Shown here: positions 10,614-19,476 of the stretch, one piece after another
How the letters are laid out: each line of letters begins with the position of its first letter
How positions within the stretch are numbered: position 1 is the first letter of the stretch
Origin: Acidimicrobiales bacterium
GTDB taxonomy: Bacteria > Actinomycetota > Acidimicrobiia > Acidimicrobiales > Aldehydirespiratoraceae
Assembly: GCA_965200005.1 (NCBI GenBank)
Contig: OZ241331.1
Location: forward strand, 641,054-705,053
Direction of reading: 5' to 3'
Length of the DNA stretch: 64,000 nt
Notes under the pieces: generated by a model
Seen by the model: only the letters and a program-made list of their open reading frames with translations
The model's database searches: none
What the model was told of the DNA's origin: nothing
Made by a program: the position numbers and the translations under genes

Positions 10614-10714
10614 TGCTGTCTAGCTCGTGGGGCTTGCCGTGCTGCCTAGGCGCGCAAAGCAGGGAACCCCGATGAGTTCCCTGCAGGTTCTTTGCCCGGA
10701 TCGGATCTCGTTAA

Positions 10715-10730
10715 CGCGCCCCTCGGCGCG
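10715..10730 (-). terminator. GC-rich hairpin immediately after the erpA stop
   Basis: On the minus strand, CGCGCC-gagg-GGCGCG starts 5 nt after the TAA. It has no U-tract, which resembles stem-only terminators reported in Actinobacteria. Confidence 0.35.
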
Positions 10731-10735
10731 CTGGT

Positions 10736-11056
10736 TTAGCTGAAGCTCTGACCGCAGCCGCAGGTTCGCTGGGCGTTCGGGTTATCAATGGAGAACCCGG
10801 CCGACTGCAAACTGTCCGAGTAATCAAGCGTTGCGCCTTCAAGCAGCATTGCCGAGGACGGATCAACCACGACCTGCACATCGCCGTACGTCAATGTCGT
10901 GTCGGTGGCAGCCACGTCGGTGTCGAAGTACATCTCATAAGAGAACCCCGAGCACCCACCCGGGCGCACTGCTACTCGTAGGGCCAAGCCGGCTTCGTTC
11001 TCGGCGCTAATGAGTTCAGAGACCTTGCTTGATGCCTTATCGGTGAGTGTGATCAC
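10736..11056 (-). CDS. erpA: HesB/IscA/ErpA-family iron-sulfur cluster insertion protein
   Basis: 106 aa with RPGGCSGFSY and C-terminal CGCGQSFS, the three conserved cysteines of A-type carriers. Confidence 0.9.
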   Translation of the reverse strand: MITLTDKASSKVSELISAENEAGLALRVAVRPGGCSGFSYEMYFDTDVAATDTTLTYGDVQVVVDPSSAMLLEGATLDYSDSLQSAGFSIDNPNAQRTCGCGQSFS

Positions 11057-11186
11057 GACTACTCTCCGTGGTTCGAGGTAGTAAGGAACTAGAGCGCCGC
11101 AACCGGGCGGAGGGCGCTAGTGCAACTCTAACGCAGCATGACCATGCACACAGCCTCAGCAGGCGCCTCAAGCAAGCATCACGGTA

Positions 11187-12374
11187 GTGACCGTTAGCAT
11201 CATGAGTGTGGTGACAACGCTGCCGTCGGCTGAGACAGTCATGGAATTGATGCGTGGCGTGGTCGATCCTGAGCTCGGCAGCAACCTGGTCGAGTTGGGT
11301 ATGGCTCGAGGTGCTCACGTTGATGACAACGGGCTGATCCGGGTCGAGATTGCATTGACAACTTCTGGGTGCCCGCTACGTGCCCAGATCCAACGTGATG
11401 TCAAGACTCGCCTGGAGTCGCTGCCTGGTGTCAGCAAGGTTCGCATCGTCTGGAGCGAGTTGACGGCCGATGAGAAGGCCGCTGCAATGGCGAAGGCTCG
11501 CTGGAATGTCGCCAAGAGTGCCCCCGACACCGCCATACCACCCACTGCCAAAGTGCTGATGGTTGCCAGTGGCAAAGGCGGCGTGGGCAAGTCGACTGTT
11601 ACCACCAACCTGGCAGCGGCCCTTGCAGCAGACGGCTTCAAAGTCGGCGTGATGGACGCTGACATCTGGGGATACTCGGTGCCTCGCATGCTTGGGGTGG
11701 ATGGCGCCTTGCGCTCCGTGGGCGGCAAGATCGTCCCGATCTCGCGAACGATTGGTAGCGGCCGCCTTGATGTCGTATCCATGGGATTCCTGGTTGATCG
11801 TGAGGACTCCGCATTGATGTGGCGTGGCCTGATGCTCAACCGGGCCGTGCAGCACTTCTGTGAGGATGTGCGCTGGAGCGACGATCTCGATTACGTGCTT
11901 ATCGATATGCCCCCCGGCACGGGCGATGTTCAGATGGGACTCGCCAAGATGCTGCCCCGTGCCGAGATGATCGTGGTGACGACACCATCGGTGGCTGCGC
12001 AGAAGGTAGCGGCCCGAGTAGTGGATATGGGCCGCAAGAACTACCTGCGCATTGTCGGTGTGATCGAGAACATGAGCTATCTGGTGACGCCTGACGGCGA
12101 TCGCCATGCTGTGTTTGGTGCCGGTGGAGGCGAGGCGCTTGCTTCCGAAGTTGGTGTCCCGCTGCTTGGGCAGATCCCGCTAGAGCCTGCGGTGGCAGAC
12201 GGATCCGACACGGGCGAGCCGGTTTCGCTTTCCGAGGGCGGAGCAGCCGATGCCTTCACGTCGGTTGCGGCAGCCATATCACGTGAGCATGTGCCGCCTG
12301 TGGACATGGCCGGTTGCAGCGCTCGGATGCTCGAAGCAGCCATGGCTGCGCTCGATTCAGACTTCGATCTATAA
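11187..12374 (+). CDS. Mrp/ApbC/NBP35-family Fe-S cluster carrier ATPase with N-terminal DUF59-like domain
   Basis: VVDPELGSNLVELGM (DUF59-like), deviant Walker A SGKGGVGKST, and DMPPGTGD. Confidence 0.9.
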   Translation: MTVSIMSVVTTLPSAETVMELMRGVVDPELGSNLVELGMARGAHVDDNGLIRVEIALTTSGCPLRAQIQRDVKTRLESLPGVSKVRIVWSELTADEKAAAMAKARWNVAKSAPDTAIPPTAKVLMVASGKGGVGKSTVTTNLAAALAADGFKVGVMDADIWGYSVPRMLGVDGALRSVGGKIVPISRTIGSGRLDVVSMGFLVDREDSALMWRGLMLNRAVQHFCEDVRWSDDLDYVLIDMPPGTGDVQMGLAKMLPRAEMIVVTTPSVAAQKVAARVVDMGRKNYLRIVGVIENMSYLVTPDGDRHAVFGAGGGEALASEVGVPLLGQIPLEPAVADGSDTGEPVSLSEGGAADAFTSVAAAISREHVPPVDMAGCSARMLEAAMAALDSDFDL

Positions 12375-12383
12375 GGACACTGC

Positions 12384-13298
12384 TTAGGCAGCTTCGGGAA
12401 TCACACCGTAGCTAACGCCTAGATTCGATAGCCAGCGCCTGTAACTGATTGAGGACTTGTCTGCTCGGATTGGTGTTTCTGCCTGGGGCGCTAGCGGTAA
12501 CCGCTTGGGTCTCTGGTTCTCAAGTATTGGTTTGTCTTGCCCGAAGATCTTCTGCTGGAACAGCTTGAGTTCCGAATCGGTGTTCACGTCGTCGACCATG
12601 CACAAGAAATTGTGAGCAACGATCTGCTCTTCGGTTACGCATTGCAGGAATATGGCAATGGCATCCTGCCGGCTGGGATCCGGAGCCGCCGTCTTGTAGA
12701 GCAGTGCCACGTAGGGGTGTGGCACACGGTATATGTATTCGGTGAGTTGCCCGGTTGTGTCCGCTAGTGAGGACATCGGTTGGTAGAAGCGGCATCGGGT
12801 CGCGAGAATCTCGTTCTCCACTGTGATGTCTACGTCGTATTCGACAACCTCGGTGTGAGGCTCAACACCGAGAATCCCGGTATGCACATAGGGGAAGTGA
12901 CCCATGTCGAGAAAGTTTTCCACGGCACGAGGTGCTGACGTATGAACGCCGATCGAGCCTGCCGCAAGCGTTCGCCTGTCTGTTTCGTAAAACTCGGGTA
13001 TCGCAAAGATTCCGTCTGGTGGATCGCCTAGTGATGTCCAGATGAAGCAATATCGCTGAAGCACAGGTAGCCGGTCGGCAATCTGTGCTGAATCGACAGT
13101 CAAGCCTTGAGGCAACTCGGGCCGGTTGCGCCACACGACTGCTTGGCCATCAGTGTCAACGGTGTAGCTAATCGCTTCGCCCAGTAGCTGCGTTGAATGC
13201 ACTCGATTGGGCGTTACCTCATCGCTGGCAGCCACAGGATGCCACATGTCAAGCACAACTCGATTAGTGCAGCGACCTCCGTTCAGTGTCATCACCAC
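12384..13298 (-). CDS. ring-hydroxylating-oxygenase alpha-subunit-like protein lacking Rieske cluster ligands
   Basis: N-terminus MWHPVAASDEV and the catalytic-domain motif ENFLDMGHFPYVH resemble Rieske/PaO-type oxygenases. No CxH...CxxH motif is present. The likely start is the ATG at 13247. Confidence 0.55.
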   Translation of the reverse strand: MVMTLNGGRCTNRVVLDMWHPVAASDEVTPNRVHSTQLLGEAISYTVDTDGQAVVWRNRPELPQGLTVDSAQIADRLPVLQRYCFIWTSLGDPPDGIFAIPEFYETDRRTLAAGSIGVHTSAPRAVENFLDMGHFPYVHTGILGVEPHTEVVEYDVDITVENEILATRCRFYQPMSSLADTTGQLTEYIYRVPHPYVALLYKTAAPDPSRQDAIAIFLQCVTEEQIVAHNFLCMVDDVNTDSELKLFQQKIFGQDKPILENQRPKRLPLAPQAETPIRADKSSISYRRWLSNLGVSYGVIPEAA

Positions 13299-13311
13299 CT
13301 CTACTTCTATT

Positions 13312-14475
13312 TCACCCTGGCATAAGCCGCTTCAAGAACCCATCGAAGAGTGGCACAGTAAAAGCAGTATCGCCATGTGCGGGGCCATAAATCATCCCCT
13401 TAGCAATCAGATTCGATCTCCGAGGGGCAGCGGACTGCACCTTTATTCCAAGGTGTGACGCGATGTCACCGGAACGATGCGGGCCAGGACCGAGGTGAGC
13501 CATTGCACGAAGGTATTCGCGTTCTTTAGGGGTCAAGCGATCGAAGCGCACACGAAAGAAGTCCCGATCAAGAGTTTCAAGGACATCCTCATGTGCCGCT
13601 CTCACATCATCGATGGTGATGTGCTTCATTGGGGCTGCGTTCCAGGTGTGGTATCCCCACTCCTGGACGAAATAGGCGTAGCCATGAGAGTGTTCAAAGA
13701 TGGATTCAGTGGCTGATGTATCAAAGCTCACTCCCTGGTCTTCGGCAGGGATCGTCAAGGCATCAAGCGTTTCCTCTGAACTGAGCGGCCCGAGTTCCGC
13801 AATAGTGAACATCCGCTCGGAATACGACCTAGCTCGGCCGACAAGTCCACGAAGCTGTGGCAGTCCGGTTAGGACGAGCACCACCGGCAGGTCCAGTTGA
13901 GTGGTGCGATGCACTGCAGCGATCAACGCGCCCAACTGCGGTGGCCTTAGGTACTGGGCTTCGTCGACCGCGACGACAAAACCTGTTTGACACTCAACCG
14001 CGGCCTCTCCGGTTGCAACGAACAAGTCCGTCAGATCCTCCGTCAACTCTCCCGAGTCGGCGAGTCCAAGTAGAGGTTCAACACCGACTGACACAGAAGA
14101 GCCGTTGGGCAAGTGCAGCGCGAACGACTTCAGGGCACCCAGTGCCCTGGTAACCATGCGCCGGACATGACCCGATTCCAAACCGAGCAGCGCACTTCGC
14201 AGGCGTGTCGCCATCTGAGACCTGAATGATCCAGACTCCGAAGCCTCAACGAAAGCGGTCGGTACGCCCTCGTCAGACGCCACCTCAAGGAAGCGGTTGA
14301 CCAGCACAGTCTTGCCTGTGCCTCGCAGGCCCAGGGTCATGCAACCCTTTCCCGGGCGCCTGTCGATGGCCCTCCGCAATATGACAGCGAAGTCATCGAT
14401 GAGGCGGTCGCGGCCCACGAGTACCGCGGGGCGTGTGCCTGGGCCGGGTCGGTACGGGTTCAGGAATCGTTGCAT
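13312..14475 (-). CDS. AAA+ (ORC/Cdc6-like) ATPase with C-terminal winged-helix domain
   Basis: Walker A GLRGTGKT, Walker B VVAVDEAQ, and a C-terminal wHTH-like LTPKEREYLRAMAH...SNLIAKGMI. It is a paralog of 16780..17922. Confidence 0.7.
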   Translation of the reverse strand: MQRFLNPYRPGPGTRPAVLVGRDRLIDDFAVILRRAIDRRPGKGCMTLGLRGTGKTVLVNRFLEVASDEGVPTAFVEASESGSFRSQMATRLRSALLGLESGHVRRMVTRALGALKSFALHLPNGSSVSVGVEPLLGLADSGELTEDLTDLFVATGEAAVECQTGFVVAVDEAQYLRPPQLGALIAAVHRTTQLDLPVVLVLTGLPQLRGLVGRARSYSERMFTIAELGPLSSEETLDALTIPAEDQGVSFDTSATESIFEHSHGYAYFVQEWGYHTWNAAPMKHITIDDVRAAHEDVLETLDRDFFRVRFDRLTPKEREYLRAMAHLGPGPHRSGDIASHLGIKVQSAAPRRSNLIAKGMIYGPAHGDTAFTVPLFDGFLKRLMPG

Positions 14476-14598
14476 CTCGCCGCCTCCTGGTCACCGTGAC
14501 CCATCATGTCTCTGAAGGTCTGAGTTATACAAGAAGTGAGCCGCCACATGACTAACTTCGTAAAGCTCGACGGTTGCCGGGTTGCAGGGTGAGCGTAG

Positions 14599-15648
14599 CT
14601 AGTTGCAAAACCCCGACTCATGAACGCCACGATGCGCATGGCACAGCAGAGTGCTCTCGACAGCTTTGAGCGTGTAAGGGCCGGAGCTTCCCGCTTCTGC
14701 TGCGGTGTGGGCGAAGATCTCCAGGCGATAGCCGAGCAAAGAGTCGTCGCCGATGTTGACGACATCAACGGTTGCGGTTCCAATATCACCGTTTGGCGTG
14801 TCGGGATCCTCGACGAATGTCACAAGCGACGGTGGTTCAAGCGAAGCGACAGCGCCTGTGACCTTTAGCGCTAGAGCCCGCATGTTCTCAGCAACTGGAG
14901 TCTCACCTAGGCGCTCGACAATTTCTGCTGTCGTGTCGTACGTGCCGCCTAAGGCTGCGAGAAAAGTGCCGCTCGACCACCCGATCAGATCGCCAACTCG
15001 TACTTCGTGCCAGATCGTTGTTGTCAGTTGCTGTGTGCGACCTGTTGCCATTACGCCGTACTCGTCTCCGTGCAGTGACAGCGTGGCCAGGATGTCGTCC
15101 GAGGTGGCAGCACGCATATAGATTTCGGGTCGCTTGTCGCCTTCAAGCGAGTTCTCAAGGCGGGCGACGATGTTGCCGTTAGGCAAGTCACGAACGTTGA
15201 GTTGATCGTCGTAGGCCACTCCGACAACCGCTAACCGAACTCCTTCTGCGGGCCCGAAATCGGAGGGAGTGCCTGGCAACCTCTGCGTTGTTGACGGCGG
15301 TGCCCTTTCGTTATCTACGTCATCGGCATCCATGACTTCGGTCTCCGAACTGCTGTCCTGCTGGAAGCCATCAGCTTGTTCCGGTCCGACCGATGAGCCC
15401 TTAGTCGTCTCTGCCGTCCCTCCATCACTCGCAGCCGTTGTTGATGTCGTCGAAGTCAGATCCTCCGTTGACTCCTCACGCATTAGTTCGTCGTCAACCT
15501 GCTCAGTTGTGACCCCGGTTGTGCCCGGGTCTTGGGTTCCCTCGCCAGAACCAGCCTCATTCACTTCCACGGTGATGCAAGCGGTGCTGACCAGCAACAG
15601 GGCAACCCACACGAAAGTCAGGCGCCCGACGCGCGCAACAAGTTTCAC
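14599..15648 (-). CDS. secreted lipoprotein with acidic linker and SH3b-like domain
   Basis: Signal peptide plus lipobox LLVSTAC, a long D/E/T/S-rich segment, then LNVRDLPNGNIVARLE...WHEVRVGDLIGWSSGTFL, typical of bacterial SH3 domains. Confidence 0.6.
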   Translation of the reverse strand: MKLVARVGRLTFVWVALLLVSTACITVEVNEAGSGEGTQDPGTTGVTTEQVDDELMREESTEDLTSTTSTTAASDGGTAETTKGSSVGPEQADGFQQDSSSETEVMDADDVDNERAPPSTTQRLPGTPSDFGPAEGVRLAVVGVAYDDQLNVRDLPNGNIVARLENSLEGDKRPEIYMRAATSDDILATLSLHGDEYGVMATGRTQQLTTTIWHEVRVGDLIGWSSGTFLAALGGTYDTTAEIVERLGETPVAENMRALALKVTGAVASLEPPSLVTFVEDPDTPNGDIGTATVDVVNIGDDSLLGYRLEIFAHTAAEAGSSGPYTLKAVESTLLCHAHRGVHESGFCN

Positions 15649-15688
15649 GCAACCCCGCTTTCAGCCGTGCAACCTGGCACCGCCATGC

Positions 15689-16783
15689 CTACCGGCGGCT
15701 CGGGGGCGACTGACGTGCGGAACTTACTTCGCTGACCAGATCCAGTGCGTGGGCGAGAGTGTCGAGGCGGTCTGCGACGGTTCGGCCTGCTGGATAGAGG
15801 CGCACGGTGTCCACCCCAGCATCAGTCCAGGTCACTAGACGGGTTCTCACCATCTCGGGTGTGCCGATGAGGGTCGTAGCGAGCACCATCTCATCAGGGA
15901 TCACGGCGGCGGCACCTCGCCGATCTCCCGAGACCCACAACTCTTGTGAACGCTGTGCTACCTCGGCAAAGCCCTGGCGGGCGTAAGCGGAGTTGTAGAA
16001 GTTGGTGCGAGCCGAGCCCATGCCGCCAAGACTGAACGCAAGACCTTTGCGGCGTTTCGCCACCATCGCGGCAAGTTCTTGGCGATCCCGGGCAAACGCC
16101 ACTTCAGCACCCTGGCACACATCTATGTCTGCAAGAGTTCGTCCTGCTTTGGTTGCGCCACGCTCGAGATGTCTGAAGTAAGCGTCCTGAGCACCTTCGG
16201 GCACGAAGCTCGTGCCCAACCAGCCGTCGGCTCGGGCACCCGTGAGTTCAAGCATCCGGGGCAGCATGGATGCGAGATACACGGGCGGAGGGGAGTCCGA
16301 GCGGATCGAGAGCCGCAACGACTTGCCCTCACCATTACGAAGCGGCAGGCGCAGGTGACGGCCTTCGTAAGCTATTCGCTCGCCTGTGAACGCCTGGCCG
16401 ATGACATCAAGCGTTTCGGTCATGCGACGCACCGGATCGGCGAAACGCACACCATGTAGGCCTTCCATTACTTGAGGGCCTGACACTCCAAGACCAAGCA
16501 CGAAACGCCCCTGCGACAATTCGTTGAGGGTGAGAGCGGTCTGAGCCGTCATCGCAGCGGTGCGCACTCCGACCTGGAACACCGATGACCCAAGTGTCAA
16601 GCGTTTGGTGCAAGCCGCTAGGTAGCCAAGCGGGGAGGCAGCGTCAGAGCCCCAGGCCTCCGCAACCCATACTGCGTCTACTCCAAGTGACTCTGCTCCG
16701 AGCACAAAGTCCACTAGTTCGGGCCACCGCCCGCCGTCCGCAGTGATCTGCACCGAAGTCTTCACCGGCTTACAACACCTCAA
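15689..16783 (-). CDS. LLM-class (luciferase-like) flavin/F420-dependent oxidoreductase
   Basis: AESLGVDAVWVAEAWGSDA and FVLGLGVSGPQV motifs of luciferase-like monooxygenases. The ORF start is a TTG overlapping the upstream stop; an alternative GTG lies at 16765. Confidence 0.8.
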   Translation of the reverse strand: MRCCKPVKTSVQITADGGRWPELVDFVLGAESLGVDAVWVAEAWGSDAASPLGYLAACTKRLTLGSSVFQVGVRTAAMTAQTALTLNELSQGRFVLGLGVSGPQVMEGLHGVRFADPVRRMTETLDVIGQAFTGERIAYEGRHLRLPLRNGEGKSLRLSIRSDSPPPVYLASMLPRMLELTGARADGWLGTSFVPEGAQDAYFRHLERGATKAGRTLADIDVCQGAEVAFARDRQELAAMVAKRRKGLAFSLGGMGSARTNFYNSAYARQGFAEVAQRSQELWVSGDRRGAAAVIPDEMVLATTLIGTPEMVRTRLVTWTDAGVDTVRLYPAGRTVADRLDTLAHALDLVSEVSSARQSPPSRR

Positions 16784-17922
16784 CTCTCGTACGGGTCCGC
16801 ATAGTTGTGGGCCATCTCACTGCGTATCCAATCCCGAGCCGCATGATGTGTGAAGTTGATCCGGCCCCTGCCTGTGGCGCTGATCATGCCTGCCTTGATC
16901 AACCTGTGCCGGTAGACACTCGCATACTTGGTGTCGACCCGCAGACGTGCAGCGATCTCGACGATGCGCGACTCTCCATCATCTTGAGCCATGGCAATCA
17001 GGAAACGTCGATCAACGTCGGATAGACCGCGCCATGTAGGGGCAAACACGAGACGGCCGATGCGTTGCTTTGCCGCGGCGATGCCGGCGCTGACCTCGCT
17101 TACAGTTATCCCGCCGCGTGGATCCGCAGCAGCCTTCCAACTGTGGAATCCCACAAGTTGCACCATGAATGCAAATCCGGAGGTCGCTGCGGCTGCGTCT
17201 CGAAGAGCCTCGGGATCAATGCTCCCTCCACTCTGCTCAATCGGTCCGACGATTGCCGCTCGGACTGCTTCGGGATTGAGCGGCCCTATGTCGTATAGCT
17301 CACACCGCTGCAGAAACGTCGCCACTTCGTCGGAGAGCAACAAGTCTTCAACCTGTGACAGTCCCGCTCCTGCAAACGCAACTGATCGCTGCTCGCGTCT
17401 TGTGACGTGTTGCAATATGGCACCAAGCTCCCGAATCTCTCCAATGTCACCGCTGTGCAACTCATCCAGAGTGATGAACAGACCACGACCTTCGCGTGCC
17501 AGCAAGTCTCCGACATCAGAGAGTACGGAGCGCAGATCCGGAGTTTCGGTCTCTGTCGATGCAAGCGCGGCGAACTCAACACCGAACCCCGCTGCCGTCA
17601 CAGACTTGATCTGTTTGTCCGACCTGTGACGGTCTGCGTCTTTAAGCAAGGCACTTGCGGAGCGACCGAGCCGACGCAACATGCCTGCTGGGGCAGCGTT
17701 ATCCGAGAGCGTCGGCCAATCTCGATTGCGTGCCAGGTCTTCCACAGCGTTGAGCATCACTGTCTTGCCGGCACCCCTGGTTCCGATGAACAGGCTCGTG
17801 AAAGCAGGGTGGGTGTGACCGGTTGCTAACGCGTCGTCAATGTCTTCAAGGATGTGGTCGCGGCCGGCTAGGACGGGCGGTGTCGCCCCGAACGTCGGGG
17901 CGAACGGGTTGCCAGTAGCCAA
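16780..17922 (-). CDS. AAA+ (ORC/Cdc6-like) ATPase with C-terminal winged-helix domain
   Basis: Walker A GTRGAGKT, Walker B FITLDELH, and C-terminal wHTH-like RRFLIAMAQ...RHRLIKAGMI. TTG start preceded by GGAG. Confidence 0.7.
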   Translation of the reverse strand: MATGNPFAPTFGATPPVLAGRDHILEDIDDALATGHTHPAFTSLFIGTRGAGKTVMLNAVEDLARNRDWPTLSDNAAPAGMLRRLGRSASALLKDADRHRSDKQIKSVTAAGFGVEFAALASTETETPDLRSVLSDVGDLLAREGRGLFITLDELHSGDIGEIRELGAILQHVTRREQRSVAFAGAGLSQVEDLLLSDEVATFLQRCELYDIGPLNPEAVRAAIVGPIEQSGGSIDPEALRDAAAATSGFAFMVQLVGFHSWKAAADPRGGITVSEVSAGIAAAKQRIGRLVFAPTWRGLSDVDRRFLIAMAQDDGESRIVEIAARLRVDTKYASVYRHRLIKAGMISATGRGRINFTHHAARDWIRSEMAHNYADPYES

Positions 17923-17929
17923 GCTGCGC

Positions 17930-17985
17930 TCCTTTAGGATCCTTTAGGGATTTTAGTTTCGTTTATCCTTTTTAGGATCCTTTAG
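17930..17985. promoter_or_regulatory. four ATCCTTTAGG-like iterons (two BamHI-centred pairs) upstream of the ATPase gene
   Basis: TCCTTTAGGATCCTTTAGGGA (17930-17950) and TCCTTTTTAGGATCCTTTAG (17967-17985) lie in an AT-rich island. The last copy supplies the Shine-Dalgarno sequence of the TTG start at 17922. Confidence 0.5.
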
Positions 17986-18021
17986 TCTTGCCAGACTCCA
18001 TACCCGCCGTCAAGCGCCGCT

Positions 18022-18264
18022 CTAGTCGCTGTTGAGGGCCATGTCGAAGGTGTCGCTAACACTGTCTTCGTACTGGTCGGTTGCGATGATCTCGATTGAG
18101 AGATCCTGTGTGACGGCGGGGCCACCCTTGAGGGTTAAGACGCTGCCGCTCCAGGTGCCGGTCACCTTGTTGCGTGCAAGAGTACCGAGCGGACCTGTTC
18201 GTGCCTGACCAGTGCGCTGATGCGTCGTGGTGACCGTCACCTCAAAGGTTGTCACCCCAGACAC
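18022..18264 (-). CDS. small hypothetical protein (80 aa, beta-rich)
   Basis: ORF only. T/V/G-rich sequence with no recognised motif, lying between the nitroreductase fusion gene and the iteron region. Confidence 0.35.
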   Translation of the reverse strand: MSGVTTFEVTVTTTHQRTGQARTGPLGTLARNKVTGTWSGSVLTLKGGPAVTQDLSIEIIATDQYEDSVSDTFDMALNSD

Positions 18265-18318
18265 TGATCGACACGAATTAGCTTGACAGCGTTGCGTCTG
18301 CCGGTTGCTCTTTTTGAG

Positions 18319-19476
18319 TCATGAAGTGGATTCCAATTGTGACTTCACACCTTCTATAACCCGCTGCATGTTTTTGCCATGCTCGCCCATACGACGATCG
18401 ATAATCCGCTGTTCAAGATCGGGCATTCGCTCAACAATCACATCGAGTCCCGACGGGCCTGGCCCCATGATTGCGCAGAACCGCAAACGTGTGCCACGAC
18501 CAACCGGCTCCAACTCAAACCGCCAACGAGCACCCGGATTGGCGACCTCGTTGGTACACCAACCGAACTCCCGCCCTTCCGAATACACATCCACAACACA
18601 AGGGACCTGCCAGTCACCTCGGGCCTCGTGATGGTTACGTCCCACGAAGGTGGCACCGAGAGCAGGACCAGAATCACTAGTCCAATCAGCACCCACGAAC
18701 TCATCTGAGAAGTCCGCAGGCATGTTGATGTCGGTCACCCGCGCCCAGACATCTGAAGGAGCCGCTTTGATGTCAATCTCAACCACAACCCCTGGGCCAT
18801 CCGACAAACGAGGCGGCGTGCTCGGCCCGTGCTCATAGGTGCGGCCATAGCCGTCAAAGTAGGCAATCGCACGAGCGCCTCGCCGAGGAGCCGGACGGAA
18901 CTCGGTTCCAATCGTCCAGGCCACAGGGAACATGGCAATCTCCGTCACCTCGGGTGGGATTCCCAAGAGAGCCTTGACCTCGGAGGCATTCGACAGACCA
19001 ACGGTCGTCCAGGCAGTGCCAAGTCCGCGTGCCCGTAACGCCAGACAGAAGCTCCAGGCGCTCTGTATCACTGAGTCAAACAATCCCGGGCGGCCGCTGC
19101 CGTCATGACGTCCGATGATTGTCGGTATGACGATGGCCGGAACCTCGCCAAGGTGTTCGGCTAGATGCAAGGCCGAGCGCAGCACCCGCACTTGGCGAGA
19201 GTTGCCAGACGGTCGCTGGGCACGACGTTTGATCCCTGCGAATCCAGCCGCCTCCCGATACAACTCGGCCAGTCGCTCCTTGAGGTCGGGATCACGGACA
19301 ATGATCCAGCGACGGCTGCCCTGGTTGCCGCCGGTAGGAGTCTGCTCCGCTAGATCGATGCAATCCAGGATGATCTCATCGTCGACTTCGCGCTCAAGGT
19401 CGAGGCGCAGCCTGACCGCTCGTGTCGTCGATAGTGCCCAATCGACAGCAGCCGTCGTCGATTCCTCAATCGTCAT
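18319..19476 (-). CDS. nitroreductase-family domain fused to SRPBCC (START/polyketide-cyclase-like) domain
   Basis: N-terminal ~220 aa look nitroreductase-like (TTRAVRLRL..., PTGGNQGSRRWIIV). The C-terminal ~150 aa look like an SRPBCC ligand-binding fold (DVWARVTDINMPADFSDEF...RWRFELEPVGRGTRL). Confidence 0.65.
   Translation of the reverse strand: MTIEESTTAAVDWALSTTRAVRLRLDLEREVDDEIILDCIDLAEQTPTGGNQGSRRWIIVRDPDLKERLAELYREAAGFAGIKRRAQRPSGNSRQVRVLRSALHLAEHLGEVPAIVIPTIIGRHDGSGRPGLFDSVIQSAWSFCLALRARGLGTAWTTVGLSNASEVKALLGIPPEVTEIAMFPVAWTIGTEFRPAPRRGARAIAYFDGYGRTYEHGPSTPPRLSDGPGVVVEIDIKAAPSDVWARVTDINMPADFSDEFVGADWTSDSGPALGATFVGRNHHEARGDWQVPCVVDVYSEGREFGWCTNEVANPGARWRFELEPVGRGTRLRFCAIMGPGPSGLDVIVERMPDLEQRIIDRRMGEHGKNMQRVIEGVKSQLESTS

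Noticed and set aside
11376-12107. Long antisense or alternative-frame ORFs here and at many other places (for example 21459..22079, 22302..22811, 16991..17629, 62231..62914).
   Set aside because: All lie inside genes with strong family motifs on the other strand or frame. They have Arg/Ala/Ser/Pro-rich low-complexity translations, as expected by chance at high GC.
17930-17985. Short repeats here and at 47018..47041 as a possible CRISPR array.
   Set aside because: The repeat units are only 8-20 nt, with 3-4 copies. There are no unique spacers of uniform length and no cas genes in the window.
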